Assembly (NCBI GenBank): GCA_963702025.1
Contig: OY969699.1
Location: 64,001 to 128,000 of the forward strand
DNA length: 64,000 nucleotides
Origin: an uncultured bacterium
GTDB taxonomy: Bacteria; Babelota; Babeliae; Babelales; Vermiphilaceae
Reading direction: 5' to 3'
Made by a program: the position numbers and the translations under genes. The notes beneath the pieces are model-generated. The model worked only from the letters and a program-made list of their open reading frames with translations, was not told the DNA's origin and searched no databases. Below, piece by piece: positions 18,570 to 29,500 of this stretch; position 1 is the first letter of the stretch; the number at the start of each line of letters is the position of its first letter.

Positions 18570-18824
18570 TTAGAATTTAGTGGCAATATAAATCAAACCA
18601 CCGGCAATCAGTAATACATAAATTGCCAATGTTTCAATAATACCCATACTGGCAAACATAACTTGCCTGATTTTATTTGCGCTTTCAGGATATTTGCCGA
18701 TATTTTCACATGCTTTCATGCCTATGGCACCTTGCCCAAGAGCAGGCCCTAAAACACCAAAACCAATAGCAATTGCCGCACCAAAACAAGCAGCAGCCTT
18801 TGCATAAAAAATACCTTCAACCAT
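18570..18824 (-). CDS. atpE: Fo subunit c
   Basis: Two-helix hairpin, glycine-rich GPALGQG, conserved Glu in IIETLAIY. Confidence 0.95.
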   Translation of the reverse strand: MVEGIFYAKAAACFGAAIAIGFGVLGPALGQGAIGMKACENIGKYPESANKIRQVMFASMGIIETLAIYVLLIAGGLIYIATKF

Positions 18825-19101
18825 GCTTAATTGCCTTTCTTTTAATAATCATTAAAAGTTATAGTTTATTTAATAACATAACGCATATTTTATTTAATTC
18901 TAGCTAGCATGGCCTTTTTTTTACAAGAATGTATGCATAAACTGATGGTCATACCTATTATTAATTTCTAATAAAGTAATTTCATAGAAAATGTTAAAAA
19001 TAAATTATTTATTTTATTTAAAAAGCTTACAAAAGGGCCTTAATTTGTCAGAATCGTTGAAATACTATAGGCTGATTTTGTTGTCTCAACCTTTAATTTG
19101 A

Positions 19102-20853
19102 ATGAAAATTATTGTTATGAATACAGCAAAGCAGACAGTGCTTCCCTTGCTTATTTTTTCTTTTTTTCTTCTTTCTAACTACGCATCTGCAAAAAATGTG
19201 GTTGCACCCGAAACTATAGTGAATGATATTTGCTTTCAACCTCGCGATAGTTTTGATGATCTTTTAGCTTACGTTGACAATGATATTGGTGTGAATAATC
19301 TGATCTCCAACTCAACTATTCAAAAAGAGGTCCGCCAAACAACAAAACCGGAGGTTATAACCTTACTCGATACAATTGGCTTTTTTGGTCTTTTACAACA
19401 GAACTTTTTTTTACGCACTAATAACCTTAAAACTCGCTCATTATTAGATTATCCCGAATTTACGCCATTTTCCCAAAGAGAAAAGCGAGCAGTTTACGTT
19501 GATCTATTTTACAATCAAACCTCACGTCTCTTTTTTGATCGCAATAGTAGTAATATTTGTAGTTATCTTGCCGTATCTCAACCGGGCTTTATATCCGCAA
19601 TAGAAAATATCATAGAAAACTCGATGCCACTTTTGCCTGAAGGTGTTACTATTGATGCAGATGCGATTCTTCGTCTTTTGAGTTTATTTCAAACGTTTAC
19701 GGTGCAAGAAAGAAGACTTGGCCTTATGCTGGGCGGCCAATTCTCATGGAATAGATGGCATTTTAATATATATGCTCCTTGGTATTATCTTGAACGTAAC
19801 CATTTTGTTGATCAAAATATTCAAAATAATATTGAAGACTTAGTGGCTGACATTATTGAAGATACCACCGGCAAATCGCAGCTCACGTCTGAAGAAATGG
19901 CGCTCGCTGAAAAACGTAAAAATGAATTTATTGATAATCACTTAATCTGTGACAAATTCGGCATTGGCGATACACGTATTTACGCTGATTATCCAATTAT
20001 TAAAAAGCACAAAATGTGGACACGCGTTGGCTTTCTGGCAACCATTCCCACCGCATTTGCATTTAAAAAAGGATTACGCGGCACCTCATTGTCTCGAGCG
20101 ATAAACCGCCCGACCCTTGATTTGGTTGCCTTGGTAGAAGGAGTCACCGCGCCGGTTAAATCAGTAAGCCAACAAGCATTTGATTTTGGCCTTGCCGCTC
20201 TTGATAATTTGGGCGCCATGATACTCGAAGCGCCACTAGGCAATGGGGGCCATTTTGGCATTGGCTTGTTTGGCAGAAACCGGTCGCCGTTGAGCAACTT
20301 TATCAAATTTGATTGGGCCCGCCGCATCGTTATGCGGAGCTTTATCTCATTAGAATATCAGTTTGCGGCAACTGAATGGCGCAGCTTTAGAGTGCCGGTA
20401 AATGAAGCACTTTTTAATGCGCGCAATTTAACTGAAACTGACGATCCGCTTATAGTAAACAGTAATTTTGATTTTATTGTTGCCCAGCTTACCGATCGCC
20501 TGTTTCCTATTGCACTGCAAACACGCGTAAATCCGGGAGTGATATTCCGTTGGACTTCACACATGTGTTATGAAGGAGATACCTGCGGTTTTACTCTGGG
20601 GACCGACACCTATGTCCGCAATAAAGAAAAATTTAGTAGCATTGATACTAATCCGGCAGTGAAACGAATAATTGATGAAGCCAATGCGCGCTCGCCATTC
20701 GCGTATCAAGCAAAAATGGTTGGCTCAGTGTTTTTTAAGGTTGAGAAGCCGGACAAACTGTTCACTATCTCACTTATTGGCGACTACACCTATATGAATA
20801 AAGGAATTGGCTCTGACTTCACGCTCGCGCTCAATGTTGATTGCGCATTCTAG
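19102..20853 (+). CDS. Hypothetical exported protein, candidate outer-membrane beta-barrel
   Basis: Signal peptide (ASA), amphipathic beta-like segments, C-terminal Phe (LNVDCAF). Confidence 0.55.
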   Translation: MKIIVMNTAKQTVLPLLIFSFFLLSNYASAKNVVAPETIVNDICFQPRDSFDDLLAYVDNDIGVNNLISNSTIQKEVRQTTKPEVITLLDTIGFFGLLQQNFFLRTNNLKTRSLLDYPEFTPFSQREKRAVYVDLFYNQTSRLFFDRNSSNICSYLAVSQPGFISAIENIIENSMPLLPEGVTIDADAILRLLSLFQTFTVQERRLGLMLGGQFSWNRWHFNIYAPWYYLERNHFVDQNIQNNIEDLVADIIEDTTGKSQLTSEEMALAEKRKNEFIDNHLICDKFGIGDTRIYADYPIIKKHKMWTRVGFLATIPTAFAFKKGLRGTSLSRAINRPTLDLVALVEGVTAPVKSVSQQAFDFGLAALDNLGAMILEAPLGNGGHFGIGLFGRNRSPLSNFIKFDWARRIVMRSFISLEYQFAATEWRSFRVPVNEALFNARNLTETDDPLIVNSNFDFIVAQLTDRLFPIALQTRVNPGVIFRWTSHMCYEGDTCGFTLGTDTYVRNKEKFSSIDTNPAVKRIIDEANARSPFAYQAKMVGSVFFKVEKPDKLFTISLIGDYTYMNKGIGSDFTLALNVDCAF

Positions 20854-20876
20854 AAAACTATGCGAAAGGAATTTTT

Positions 20877-21551
20877 ATGAAAAAATTGGTATTACTTTTT
20901 ATTTTATTTACAGGCTCTGCTTTAAAATGCGATATTGCCACACGTGATTATCCACCAATTATTTTAACAAGCCCTAAACTTAAATTGGTTGATGGCAAAT
21001 CCTGGGCCATGGATGGAAGACAGTTTAAAAAAACAATGAAGTTTCGTTTAGATGTTAATAAACGCCGTTTTGGTGAAAAAATAGCGAATAATGAATTCGT
21101 TGGCTTCTACATCTTTGAGGATGAAAAATATAGCCTCGCGCAACTCATTGAATTAGAAGAACAACTGATGGCAAGCAACAGCATAAGCGATCGAGAAAAG
21201 CATGCAAGATTACGCCCACTCTTGCGCGCCATTATGGAAGAATTTATTAAATTATCACAGCCATTCTTAGAAGATGCACGCGGCGCAAAAGCAGAAATGC
21301 TCGCGCTCATTACAGAGTGGGCAACAAAAGCACATAGGCTTGAAAGTTATCTGCTTGCATGGGGACGCAGCAGGGAAGGTGAAGAAGCCGAGGTAATTTA
21401 TACGAACATCAAAACATTTGCAGCGTTTGATCAATTTCTCACCGACTTGGTCTATTTCTTGGAAACACTCATGCGCAGCTGCCCTATAGCAACACAGCAA
21501 TTTAAAGATTTGCTTAAAAAAGAACAAGAACAGGCGCAATCGCATAAATAA
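20877..21551 (+). CDS. Hypothetical exported helical protein
   Basis: AAGGA RBS before MKKLVLL; signal peptide. Confidence 0.7.
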   Translation: MKKLVLLFILFTGSALKCDIATRDYPPIILTSPKLKLVDGKSWAMDGRQFKKTMKFRLDVNKRRFGEKIANNEFVGFYIFEDEKYSLAQLIELEEQLMASNSISDREKHARLRPLLRAIMEEFIKLSQPFLEDARGAKAEMLALITEWATKAHRLESYLLAWGRSREGEEAEVIYTNIKTFAAFDQFLTDLVYFLETLMRSCPIATQQFKDLLKKEQEQAQSHK

Positions 21552-21560
21552 TGGCAGAAA

Positions 21561-21638
21561 CCCTTCGATACGAAAATCTTACGATTTTCTACTCAGGGCG
21601 AGCGGATCGGGTTCCGTTCGTGCTGAGCTTGTCGAAGC
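21561..21638. repeat. REP/REPIN-like palindromic element
   Basis: cttcga..ctcagggcgagcgg pairs with ccgttcgtgctgag..tcgaag; internal hairpin gaaaatc/gattttc. Confidence 0.65.
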
Positions 21639-21689
21639 ATTGCAGCGAGCGTATCGTACCATACTTCTAAGTCTTAAAAAAAAGATCAT

Positions 21690-23870
21690 ATGGCAGATTT
21701 GCAACAATTAAAAGGCACAGTTGACCGTTTTTTATTCCAAAATAGTGAAAACGGTTATGCAGTATTTTATGTTCTGCTCGATAATGAAACGCAGGTAGTA
21801 GCCCGCGGCTACTTACCCAGCATTCAAGCGGGCCAAGAAGTAGTGTTACAAGGAAGCTGGATTGTGCATCCAAAATTCGGCAAACAATTTGACGTTGCGC
21901 AATGCGTTACCCAAGTGCCAACTTCGGTTGTTGGGCTCAAAAAATATCTTGGTTCAGGGCTGATAAAAGGCATTGGCCCCGTGTATGCGGAAAAATTAGT
22001 CTCTCATTTTGGCGCCACGGTTTTGGATGTCATTGATTCTGATCCTGCTCGTTTGCATGAAGTGCCGGGCATTGGCCATAAGCGTATTGAGCAGATTATT
22101 AGTGCATGGCGCGACCAAAAAGAGATCTCCAATGTGATGATCTATTTGCAAGAAAAAGGAATTTCTGCTGCTTACGCGGCTAAAATTTACAAGCAATATG
22201 GCCAGAATTCCATCGCTACCATTACCGAAAATCCCTATCGATTAGCCGATGATATTTGGGGCGTGGGATTTAAAATGGCCGATCAGCTGGCCAAGGCAAT
22301 CGGCATTTGCCCTGAATCACCTAAACGCATTAAAGCGGGATTACTTTTTGCCATCACCAATAACCTCGCGCAAGGACATTTGTATGTTGAGCTTGATGCC
22401 CTCAAAGAACAAACAACAGAGTTGCTCGCGGTAGAAAATAATGCTGAATCCCTGCTAAAAAACGCACTGCATGATCTGTATAATGAACAAAGAATTAAAT
22501 TAATTTCTCATAAAGATCATCATTATATTACGCTAACGCAATATTATATGAGTGAAAAAGGAATCGCGCAAAAACTGCAGAAATTATTGAGCTACCAACC
22601 CCTGCATAGTTTAGACATCAATGCCATTTATCACACACTTCGCGCCGCAGCTGCACAGGAAATAGTGCTCAATGATGATCAGCAAAGAGCTATACTCGCA
22701 TGCCTGCAAAATAAAGTAACAATAATAACCGGCGGCCCGGGAACGGGTAAAACCACGGTTATAAAAAAATTGCTCCAGATTCTTGATGAAAATAAACTTT
22801 CTTATCGGCTTGCCGCGCCAACCGGACGCGCTGCTAAACGCATCACGCAAAGTACTGGAAAAATTGCACTTACAATCCATCGTCTTTTAGAGTTCGATGT
22901 AGCAACACGGGGATTTTCACGCAACGAACAAAATGCGCTTCAATTGGATTTTTTAATTGTTGATGAAGCATCAATGATCGATGTCTTTCTTGCCCATTCA
23001 TTATTAAAAGCATTGCCCTTCAGCGCCCATCTTGTTTTGATTGGCGATATCGATCAACTTCCTTCCGTGGGTGCGGGAAACTTTTTAAATGATCTTATTG
23101 CCAGCACCAAAGTTGCTACTATCCGGTTAACAGAAATTTTTCGTCAAGCACAAGATAGTTTGATTATCTTAAATGCCCACCGCGTTAATAATGGGGAATT
23201 TCCTCTTTCTTTTTTACCCGACGCAAAAAGAGATTTTGTTTTCATTAAAGAGGATGACCCACAAAATGTACATCACCATCTGAATGAAATTTTACTCAAG
23301 CAGCTGCCCCGTTGGAACATTAGCACTCAAGATTGCATGGTATTGGTGCCCATGAATCGCGGCATAGTAGGAACCCAACAATTAAATAGCTATTTACAGC
23401 CAATTCTTAATAAAACCGCCGATCAAAAGCAGCTTATACATGGAATCTACCGCTATACCATTGGCGATCGCGTGATGCAAATTCGCAATAATTATGACAA
23501 AATTGTTTTTAATGGCGATGTTGGCACCATCACCGATATAAATATTTCTGATAAGATCATATTTGTGCAATTTTATGAGCGGGTTGTTGAATATGAACAA
23601 TCCGAACTAGATGAACTGGTACTGGCTTATGCAATTTCAATTCACAAAAGTCAGGGCTCGGAATATCCTGCGGTAATCATACCGATTTTTATGCAACATT
23701 TTACATTGTTACAACGCAACCTACTTTACACCGCTATCACTCGCGCGAAAAAATTATGTATTCTTATTGGGCAACCGAAGGCGATTGGCATGGCCGTGAA
23801 AAACAAGAAAAGCCTTGAACGTATTACTTTTTTATCTGAATTCCTGGTCAATAATTTAGAAGCACGATAA
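21690..23870 (+). CDS. recD2: RecD2 SF1B helicase
   Basis: N-terminal OB/HhH region (YLGSGLIKGIG), GGPGTGKT, DEASM, GDIDQLPSVG, HKSQGSE. Confidence 0.95.
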   Translation: MADLQQLKGTVDRFLFQNSENGYAVFYVLLDNETQVVARGYLPSIQAGQEVVLQGSWIVHPKFGKQFDVAQCVTQVPTSVVGLKKYLGSGLIKGIGPVYAEKLVSHFGATVLDVIDSDPARLHEVPGIGHKRIEQIISAWRDQKEISNVMIYLQEKGISAAYAAKIYKQYGQNSIATITENPYRLADDIWGVGFKMADQLAKAIGICPESPKRIKAGLLFAITNNLAQGHLYVELDALKEQTTELLAVENNAESLLKNALHDLYNEQRIKLISHKDHHYITLTQYYMSEKGIAQKLQKLLSYQPLHSLDINAIYHTLRAAAAQEIVLNDDQQRAILACLQNKVTIITGGPGTGKTTVIKKLLQILDENKLSYRLAAPTGRAAKRITQSTGKIALTIHRLLEFDVATRGFSRNEQNALQLDFLIVDEASMIDVFLAHSLLKALPFSAHLVLIGDIDQLPSVGAGNFLNDLIASTKVATIRLTEIFRQAQDSLIILNAHRVNNGEFPLSFLPDAKRDFVFIKEDDPQNVHHHLNEILLKQLPRWNISTQDCMVLVPMNRGIVGTQQLNSYLQPILNKTADQKQLIHGIYRYTIGDRVMQIRNNYDKIVFNGDVGTITDINISDKIIFVQFYERVVEYEQSELDELVLAYAISIHKSQGSEYPAVIIPIFMQHFTLLQRNLLYTAITRAKKLCILIGQPKAIGMAVKNKKSLERITFLSEFLVNNLEAR

Positions 23871-23872
23871 CA

Positions 23873-24538
23873 ATGATAAAATTCACCAATATTCTGTATT
23901 TGCTCTGTCTTTCATCATCAATATGTACCGCCTGGATATTTAATGCATCACCCGAAAAAAAATCTTTTGTAATGATGCTGGAAGTGGCCGGCGATAATCT
24001 CCATACCGGCAGGACTCTCGGTGAATGCTTTGAAAATAGTTTTTGTTTGGAACTGTCGCAACAAATTAAACAACTATTGGAACAGAAAAGATCGGACATA
24101 AAGTGTGTGATCAACAGGGCGCCCGGGCAAAGCCTTGCACCCTTGGCAAATCAAAACTATGCCAATAAATTAAACGTTGATCTTTATGTGAGCATAAACG
24201 CATTTTATGTACGCGAAAAAGAAATGTCTATCGCTCTCTATCAATTCTCCTATCAGGATCCATTTATTTTAAAAGAAAATTCGTTGAGTTTTTATCCCTA
24301 TGATAAACTCTATCTTCTTAATGAATCGGTCACCAAAGAATGGGGCCAGACCATCAAAAAGCAATTAGCAGCTGCCACCGATTTAAAAATAAAAGGGCCA
24401 TACTCGATGCCTTTTAAACCGTTAATTGGCATAAAGGCGCCAGCTTTGGCATTTGAAATCGGAGTAACCGATACGCTAAATATTCAAGAATTAGCCAAAA
24501 TTATGGGCAATGCCTTGGCAGCACTCCGTGAGCAATAA
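23873..24538 (+). CDS. N-acetylmuramoyl-L-alanine amidase (Amidase_3)-like protein, degenerate
   Basis: ANKLNVDLYVSIN and PALAFEIG fold motifs; zinc-binding His residues absent. Confidence 0.7.
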   Translation: MIKFTNILYLLCLSSSICTAWIFNASPEKKSFVMMLEVAGDNLHTGRTLGECFENSFCLELSQQIKQLLEQKRSDIKCVINRAPGQSLAPLANQNYANKLNVDLYVSINAFYVREKEMSIALYQFSYQDPFILKENSLSFYPYDKLYLLNESVTKEWGQTIKKQLAAATDLKIKGPYSMPFKPLIGIKAPALAFEIGVTDTLNIQELAKIMGNALAALREQ

Positions 24539-24540
24539 CC

Positions 24541-25077
24541 ATGAAAATAAAAGAAATCGTATACTCGTCCGGATTCATGATTGTGGCAGCGCTTTTATTT
24601 TTTGCCTACCAAAAACAGTACATTATTTTTAACATTCCTAATTCAATCAGTATTCCCATCGTTAGCGCTGAAAAAAAACAGGTAGACTTTTTCTTTTATC
24701 AAGAAGAAAAGATTCACCGCGAAACACAAACAGTCGTTTTTACCGATATTCCTGAACAGAATATACATCTTGTTATTAGTAGATGGCTTGAAATCGCTTT
24801 TGATGAAAAAATAGTATCAAAAAAAATTACCCTTCAATCGGCAATTCTGAGCTATGATTCAAAAGAATTATATCTTTCATTTGATTCTCTTTTATGGCAC
24901 AAAGAATCGAATACTTTTTATAAATGGTCCATCATTGAAGGCATCTTAAAAACAATAAAAAACCTTGGTTTTGGTATAACCAAGGTTCACTTTTTAACCA
25001 ACCATCAAATAATGCAAGACCATCATTTGGATTTTACCAATCCTTGGCCCATTGATGGATTTATGGATTCACCTTAA
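24541..25077 (+). CDS. Membrane-anchored GerMN-like protein
   Basis: N-terminal TM; LYLSFD...ILKTI...VHFL...HLDFTNP pattern; follows the amidase. Confidence 0.6.
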   Translation: MKIKEIVYSSGFMIVAALLFFAYQKQYIIFNIPNSISIPIVSAEKKQVDFFFYQEEKIHRETQTVVFTDIPEQNIHLVISRWLEIAFDEKIVSKKITLQSAILSYDSKELYLSFDSLLWHKESNTFYKWSIIEGILKTIKNLGFGITKVHFLTNHQIMQDHHLDFTNPWPIDGFMDSP

Positions 25078-25316
25078 CTAACAACTTTTGGTTTCTGGAC
25101 AGCCGCAGCTTTTGCAGCCACACATTGCTGTTGTTCTTGCTGCTTGTCTTTCTCAGTTGATGGGCATGTACATGGCGTACATTTGCACGGCGCTTGACAC
25201 TGAGTGCAACAGGCAGTCACTTTTTTTTGCTCCTGGGCAACGCACGTCGCTTCTGCGGCATTTAATAGCGCACTCGCCGATGACAATAGGCCCAGAAAAA
25301 TCATTATTTTTAACAT
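25074..25316 (-). CDS. Small secreted Cys-rich protein
   Basis: AGGAG RBS, signal peptide, CCTQCQAPCKCTPCTC. Confidence 0.65.
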   Translation of the reverse strand: MLKIMIFLGLLSSASALLNAAEATCVAQEQKKVTACCTQCQAPCKCTPCTCPSTEKDKQQEQQQCVAAKAAAVQKPKVVS

Positions 25317-25527
25317 CGCAACTCCTTGAAATATATAATTAAAATCTCCTTTTTTTTACTATGCGGTTATTATTCTGTCAAATAAAAAAAAATTGTATTT
25401 TTATCAAAATACAAAATATGAGCGCACGAATGCCAAACCCATTCTCTATTCTAACTGTTGCCATTTTCTCATTAAACTGGTTACATTACCAGTACACAGT
25501 ATTTTTTAAAAAAAAGGAGCTTTAACT

Positions 25528-25728
25528 ATGAATTCTCCCCATATATCACACAAAGCAAAAGGCGCATTTTTAATGACCGCCGGCATCATCTTATTCTTAT
25601 ACGTTACTAAAATTATTACCGCAAGCTTGGAAATGATAATTTTACTCGCCTCAATTTTGATGATCATCTATGGTTTTATAGAAATGGGTGGCTACAACAA
25701 GCTTATGCAGCTCTTTAATAAAAAATAG
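25528..25728 (+). CDS. Small two-TM membrane protein
   Basis: AAGGAG RBS, two hydrophobic helices. Confidence 0.7.
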   Translation: MNSPHISHKAKGAFLMTAGIILFLYVTKIITASLEMIILLASILMIIYGFIEMGGYNKLMQLFNKK

Positions 25729-25732
25729 TAGC

Positions 25733-25756
25733 AGGGCTCGCAAGAGCCCTTTTTTA
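25733..25756 (+). terminator. Intrinsic terminator
   Basis: agggctc-gcaa-gagccct hairpin followed by a T-run. Confidence 0.8.
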
Positions 25757-25772
25757 ATGAAAAAGGTTTCCC

Positions 25773-26543
25773 ATGAAAAAAATTATATTTCTTCTCATCG
25801 TGGCATCCAATTTGGGCGGCATGGACAATGACAAAGTAGTAAATGAAGAAAAGGCTCCATTTAAAATTCCGGCAACTATCCCTATTGAGGTTCAAGAAGC
25901 ACAAAAACGTTTGATAGAACAACTTAAAGAGGTTGTCGTCTTAAAGAAACTAAATCTCGAAACTCAAATAATCGTGGCAAAAGAACTGATCCAAGCACCA
26001 CCTAAAAAATACCCAAAACCGATCTTACAACCGGCTAAAAAAAGTCCGGCGCAAAAGTCCACATCTGTTGTTTCCCAAGAATTAGATGATCTTCTGAAAG
26101 AACTTGAAGCATCTGCACCTAAAAAATCAGCCCCTGTTCACGACCCAGTTATAACCACATTAGGCGAACTTGAGCTATTAACCGCGCAAGCCTCTTTAAT
26201 TGCTGAAGGCTTTGGAACTTCCCAGGAAATAGATAAAAAAACACTTCTTGGTCTTATTAAAGAATTGAATAAGAAATCTGATTCACTGGCAAATTTGGTG
26301 CCAACATATACACCATCTTTTGCACGACCAGCAACCGCTCTCAGGAGATTGGATTCATTTGTTAAAACTATGCAAGAGACAAATGCTTCTTGGGCAGAAA
26401 GAAATACTACTCTGCAACATTTAAGCTCTTTAATCTCTATAAAACAAGTATTAATTCATTGGGTGAAACACTCGAACAATTTAAGCAGTCGTAAAAAAGT
26501 TAATTTATTTCTTTTTTGCGCTCTATGCTTCCGGAATTGGTAA
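25773..26543 (+). CDS. Hypothetical exported protein
   Basis: Signal peptide then MDND; 3' end overlaps the mscS-like gene by 44 nt. Confidence 0.6.
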   Translation: MKKIIFLLIVASNLGGMDNDKVVNEEKAPFKIPATIPIEVQEAQKRLIEQLKEVVVLKKLNLETQIIVAKELIQAPPKKYPKPILQPAKKSPAQKSTSVVSQELDDLLKELEASAPKKSAPVHDPVITTLGELELLTAQASLIAEGFGTSQEIDKKTLLGLIKELNKKSDSLANLVPTYTPSFARPATALRRLDSFVKTMQETNASWAERNTTLQHLSSLISIKQVLIHWVKHSNNLSSRKKVNLFLFCALCFRNW

Positions 26544-29500
26544 CAACCACTCGAACCGGATAGGCAATCTGAATGTCATGTTCATGCAACCGCTTAACTA
26601 TTGCCAAGCGGACATCACTAGCTATATCCCACATGTCGGCAGTATGATTTGAGCTCATATAGCCGCGCACTAAAAACACATAGCCCAGATCGCTAAAATT
26701 TTCCAACCGAACCACCGGCCGTGGATTCTTCAAAATAACACGACTTTCATCGAGCACACGTAAAAGCAATTCCCGCACATGTGCCGGATCAGCCTTATAC
26801 GGGATTGTAACCATAATGTCATCAAAGGCGATGAAAGAACGGGCATGGTTCCAATTAGCAACCGATTGCGTGGTTATTTGGAGGTTAGGAATAAGTACCG
26901 TGGTGCTATTTTTGCGCCTTATTTCAACCGACCGCGGTGTAATGCGGCGAACAAAACCATTTACGTTGTCATTTAAAAAAATATAATCGCCGACTTTTAC
27001 CGGTCTTTGTACAATAATAATAAAATACGCTATAAGGTCGGCTACCGGATCCTTGATCACCCAACCAATAGCAAGTATTAATCCTCCCAGGAGCCACCAA
27101 ACAACATCTCCCAGATTTGCCGCATGGAATCCTAAAATTGTTGCCGTAATAATGATAAGATACCGGCTCAGCGTTGCAATAGTATTTTGAACGCCTGAAT
27201 CGACGAGTAAAATGTCAAAAATCCGGCCCAAAACAAACCGATTAATTGCAAAGGCAATCATCGATCCTGCAATCAAGAAACCTATAATCTTAAAAAGAGT
27301 ATAAAGTGAAATAGGCGAACTGGTATTCTCAAGAAGAAATGGCGTTTTTATCCAGACCATCACATCCGACCATTTTTGCACTTTGAGCAGCACTTCCGGG
27401 CCATGCCAGATGCGAGCCGCTATTAACAAACCAACAAAAATAAAGATGGCAAAAATCAGAACTACCAGAAGCCCATACCATGTTTTTGCATACGGGAAAC
27501 GGTCGCGGGCAATTTCATCATCTGTATCAAAATAAAAAAATATACCCGAAGAAATTCGTTTGATCCATTCATGGATCCACAAAAGTAATTGCAACAGAAT
27601 CGCCGTATACAAAAGACGTTTTAGAATATAGAGCACCAATCTGCCGTAGCCCACATACGGATTACTCATTACAATAACGGCAATCAAAAAGAATTGCAGC
27701 AAATAGTAATAGGTATCAATCAGATCGTAGAGCGCTTTACCAAAATCTGTTTTTACCGAGATTAAACTTAAGATCTGGTCTTTTGAAAGCAGCAAAATAG
27801 CCGATATTTGGAAAATAATAAAATTAATCGTAAGCAACAACGTAGGGAGTTCTGATTTATGATAATTTCCTAAGATAAATGCTTCTCTAAAGCAGACAAT
27901 CGCTATCGTTGCGTAGAGCAGCGTTGATACCACTAGAACAAAGCGATCTTGATAATCTTTATTGAGTAAACAATAATCATGAGTTTCATTAAAATAGACC
28001 AGATATTTCATGAATCTATTGGCAAGATACATAAGATAGGGAATTGAAAGAAGATAAAAAAGAATATACGGGAACGGATCCAAACAGCGACTACCAACTA
28101 AAAATATAACTATCGTAAGCCAAATAAAAATACTTACCATATGCTTAGCAATAAAACCAAGAATCACTGCGATCAGAGCACCGGCCCACCGGATACCCGC
28201 TGGCGCGGCGTGAATCGAAACGAGATTTTGGGTGACCATGGGAAGCGATAATTTAATGAAAAATAAAATGGCCAATAACACCAAAAATTTTACAAAAAAA
28301 TGATAGAAGTTACTCAACGGTGAAAATTGATCTTTAATCGTATTCCACAATGAACTGAAATTGAGCAATCCAATATAGGTAACAACATCTTTAATAAAAG
28401 ATTGTGCATCAGGGATACTGTTTTTTATGCCATCCCATGATATAGCATGCGCCGGACGTCCCCAGGGCGTTATAGTACCGAGCTCTACGATAATAAAATC
28501 AATATGTTTACCCGCATTACTGATCTTTGAAATAATATCGGTATAAACACCGGTTAATTTACCCAGTAGGTCAATCTGCTCTTCTATTTTTGATTGGGCA
28601 TGCTTGAGCAGCGCAACATACTGCTCATACTCTACAGAAGCAGTTTTAAATAGTGAATTTTTTTCTTGCTCAACCGTCTGGAGCTTTGCGGTTAAATTTT
28701 CTAAAGCTTTCTTTTGTGTAGTAATCATCGACGAAACATTATTTAATCGTTCTTTATACAAAGCAAGGTTTGTTTTGTTTTCATCTTTTTGAATCTGGTA
28801 TTTTTTTATTTCGGCACTGAGCGTCTCTTCGGTGTTAAACAACGAATTGCTTATTTTGAAAAAGGAATCTTTTACGCCGATACGCAACGCTTCATCGCGC
28901 AACCGCTCATCCTCTAAAGAATTATATGCTTCCAATAGCTCTTTTTTCCGCTTAATACCAAGCACCTCATCGTTAAGCATACCCACTTTTGCCAGTGCCA
29001 AATAACTGTTAATCGTCCTTTTTGGTTCTTTAGACCATTCATCTAATTCAGTGCCCAAAGGAATATTGAAGCGTTTGCTCAGAGCATCAAGCTCTTTTTC
29101 TTTTTCTTTTAACTCGAGATTAATTTTTTCAATCTCTTTTTGGTACGCTTCTTTAGCCGGACGTGCTTGCTGTTTCTTTTTATCAAGTTCTTCAAGTGCC
29201 AGCGCAACATCCGCTTCATTAATTTTTGTCAGCGGTTTAATAGTTTGAAGAATTCCTTTGAGTTCATCCAACTGTTTTTTTGCAGTAAACAATTCAGTCT
29301 GCGCTATGGTATGCTTCAGTTCAATTTCATTAATTTTCATCGCGTCCGCTGCACGGCGATCGTTAAAAGCTTGCTCTTTGAGCGTATCCAATTCAGCTTT
29401 TTGGCGGGCAGATAAACCGGGTTCCGGCTCTTTTTTCTCTTTGCTTACTTGAAACGCATCGATGGTCGCCTGAGCGGCCCGCTTTCTGGTTTGCAACTCA

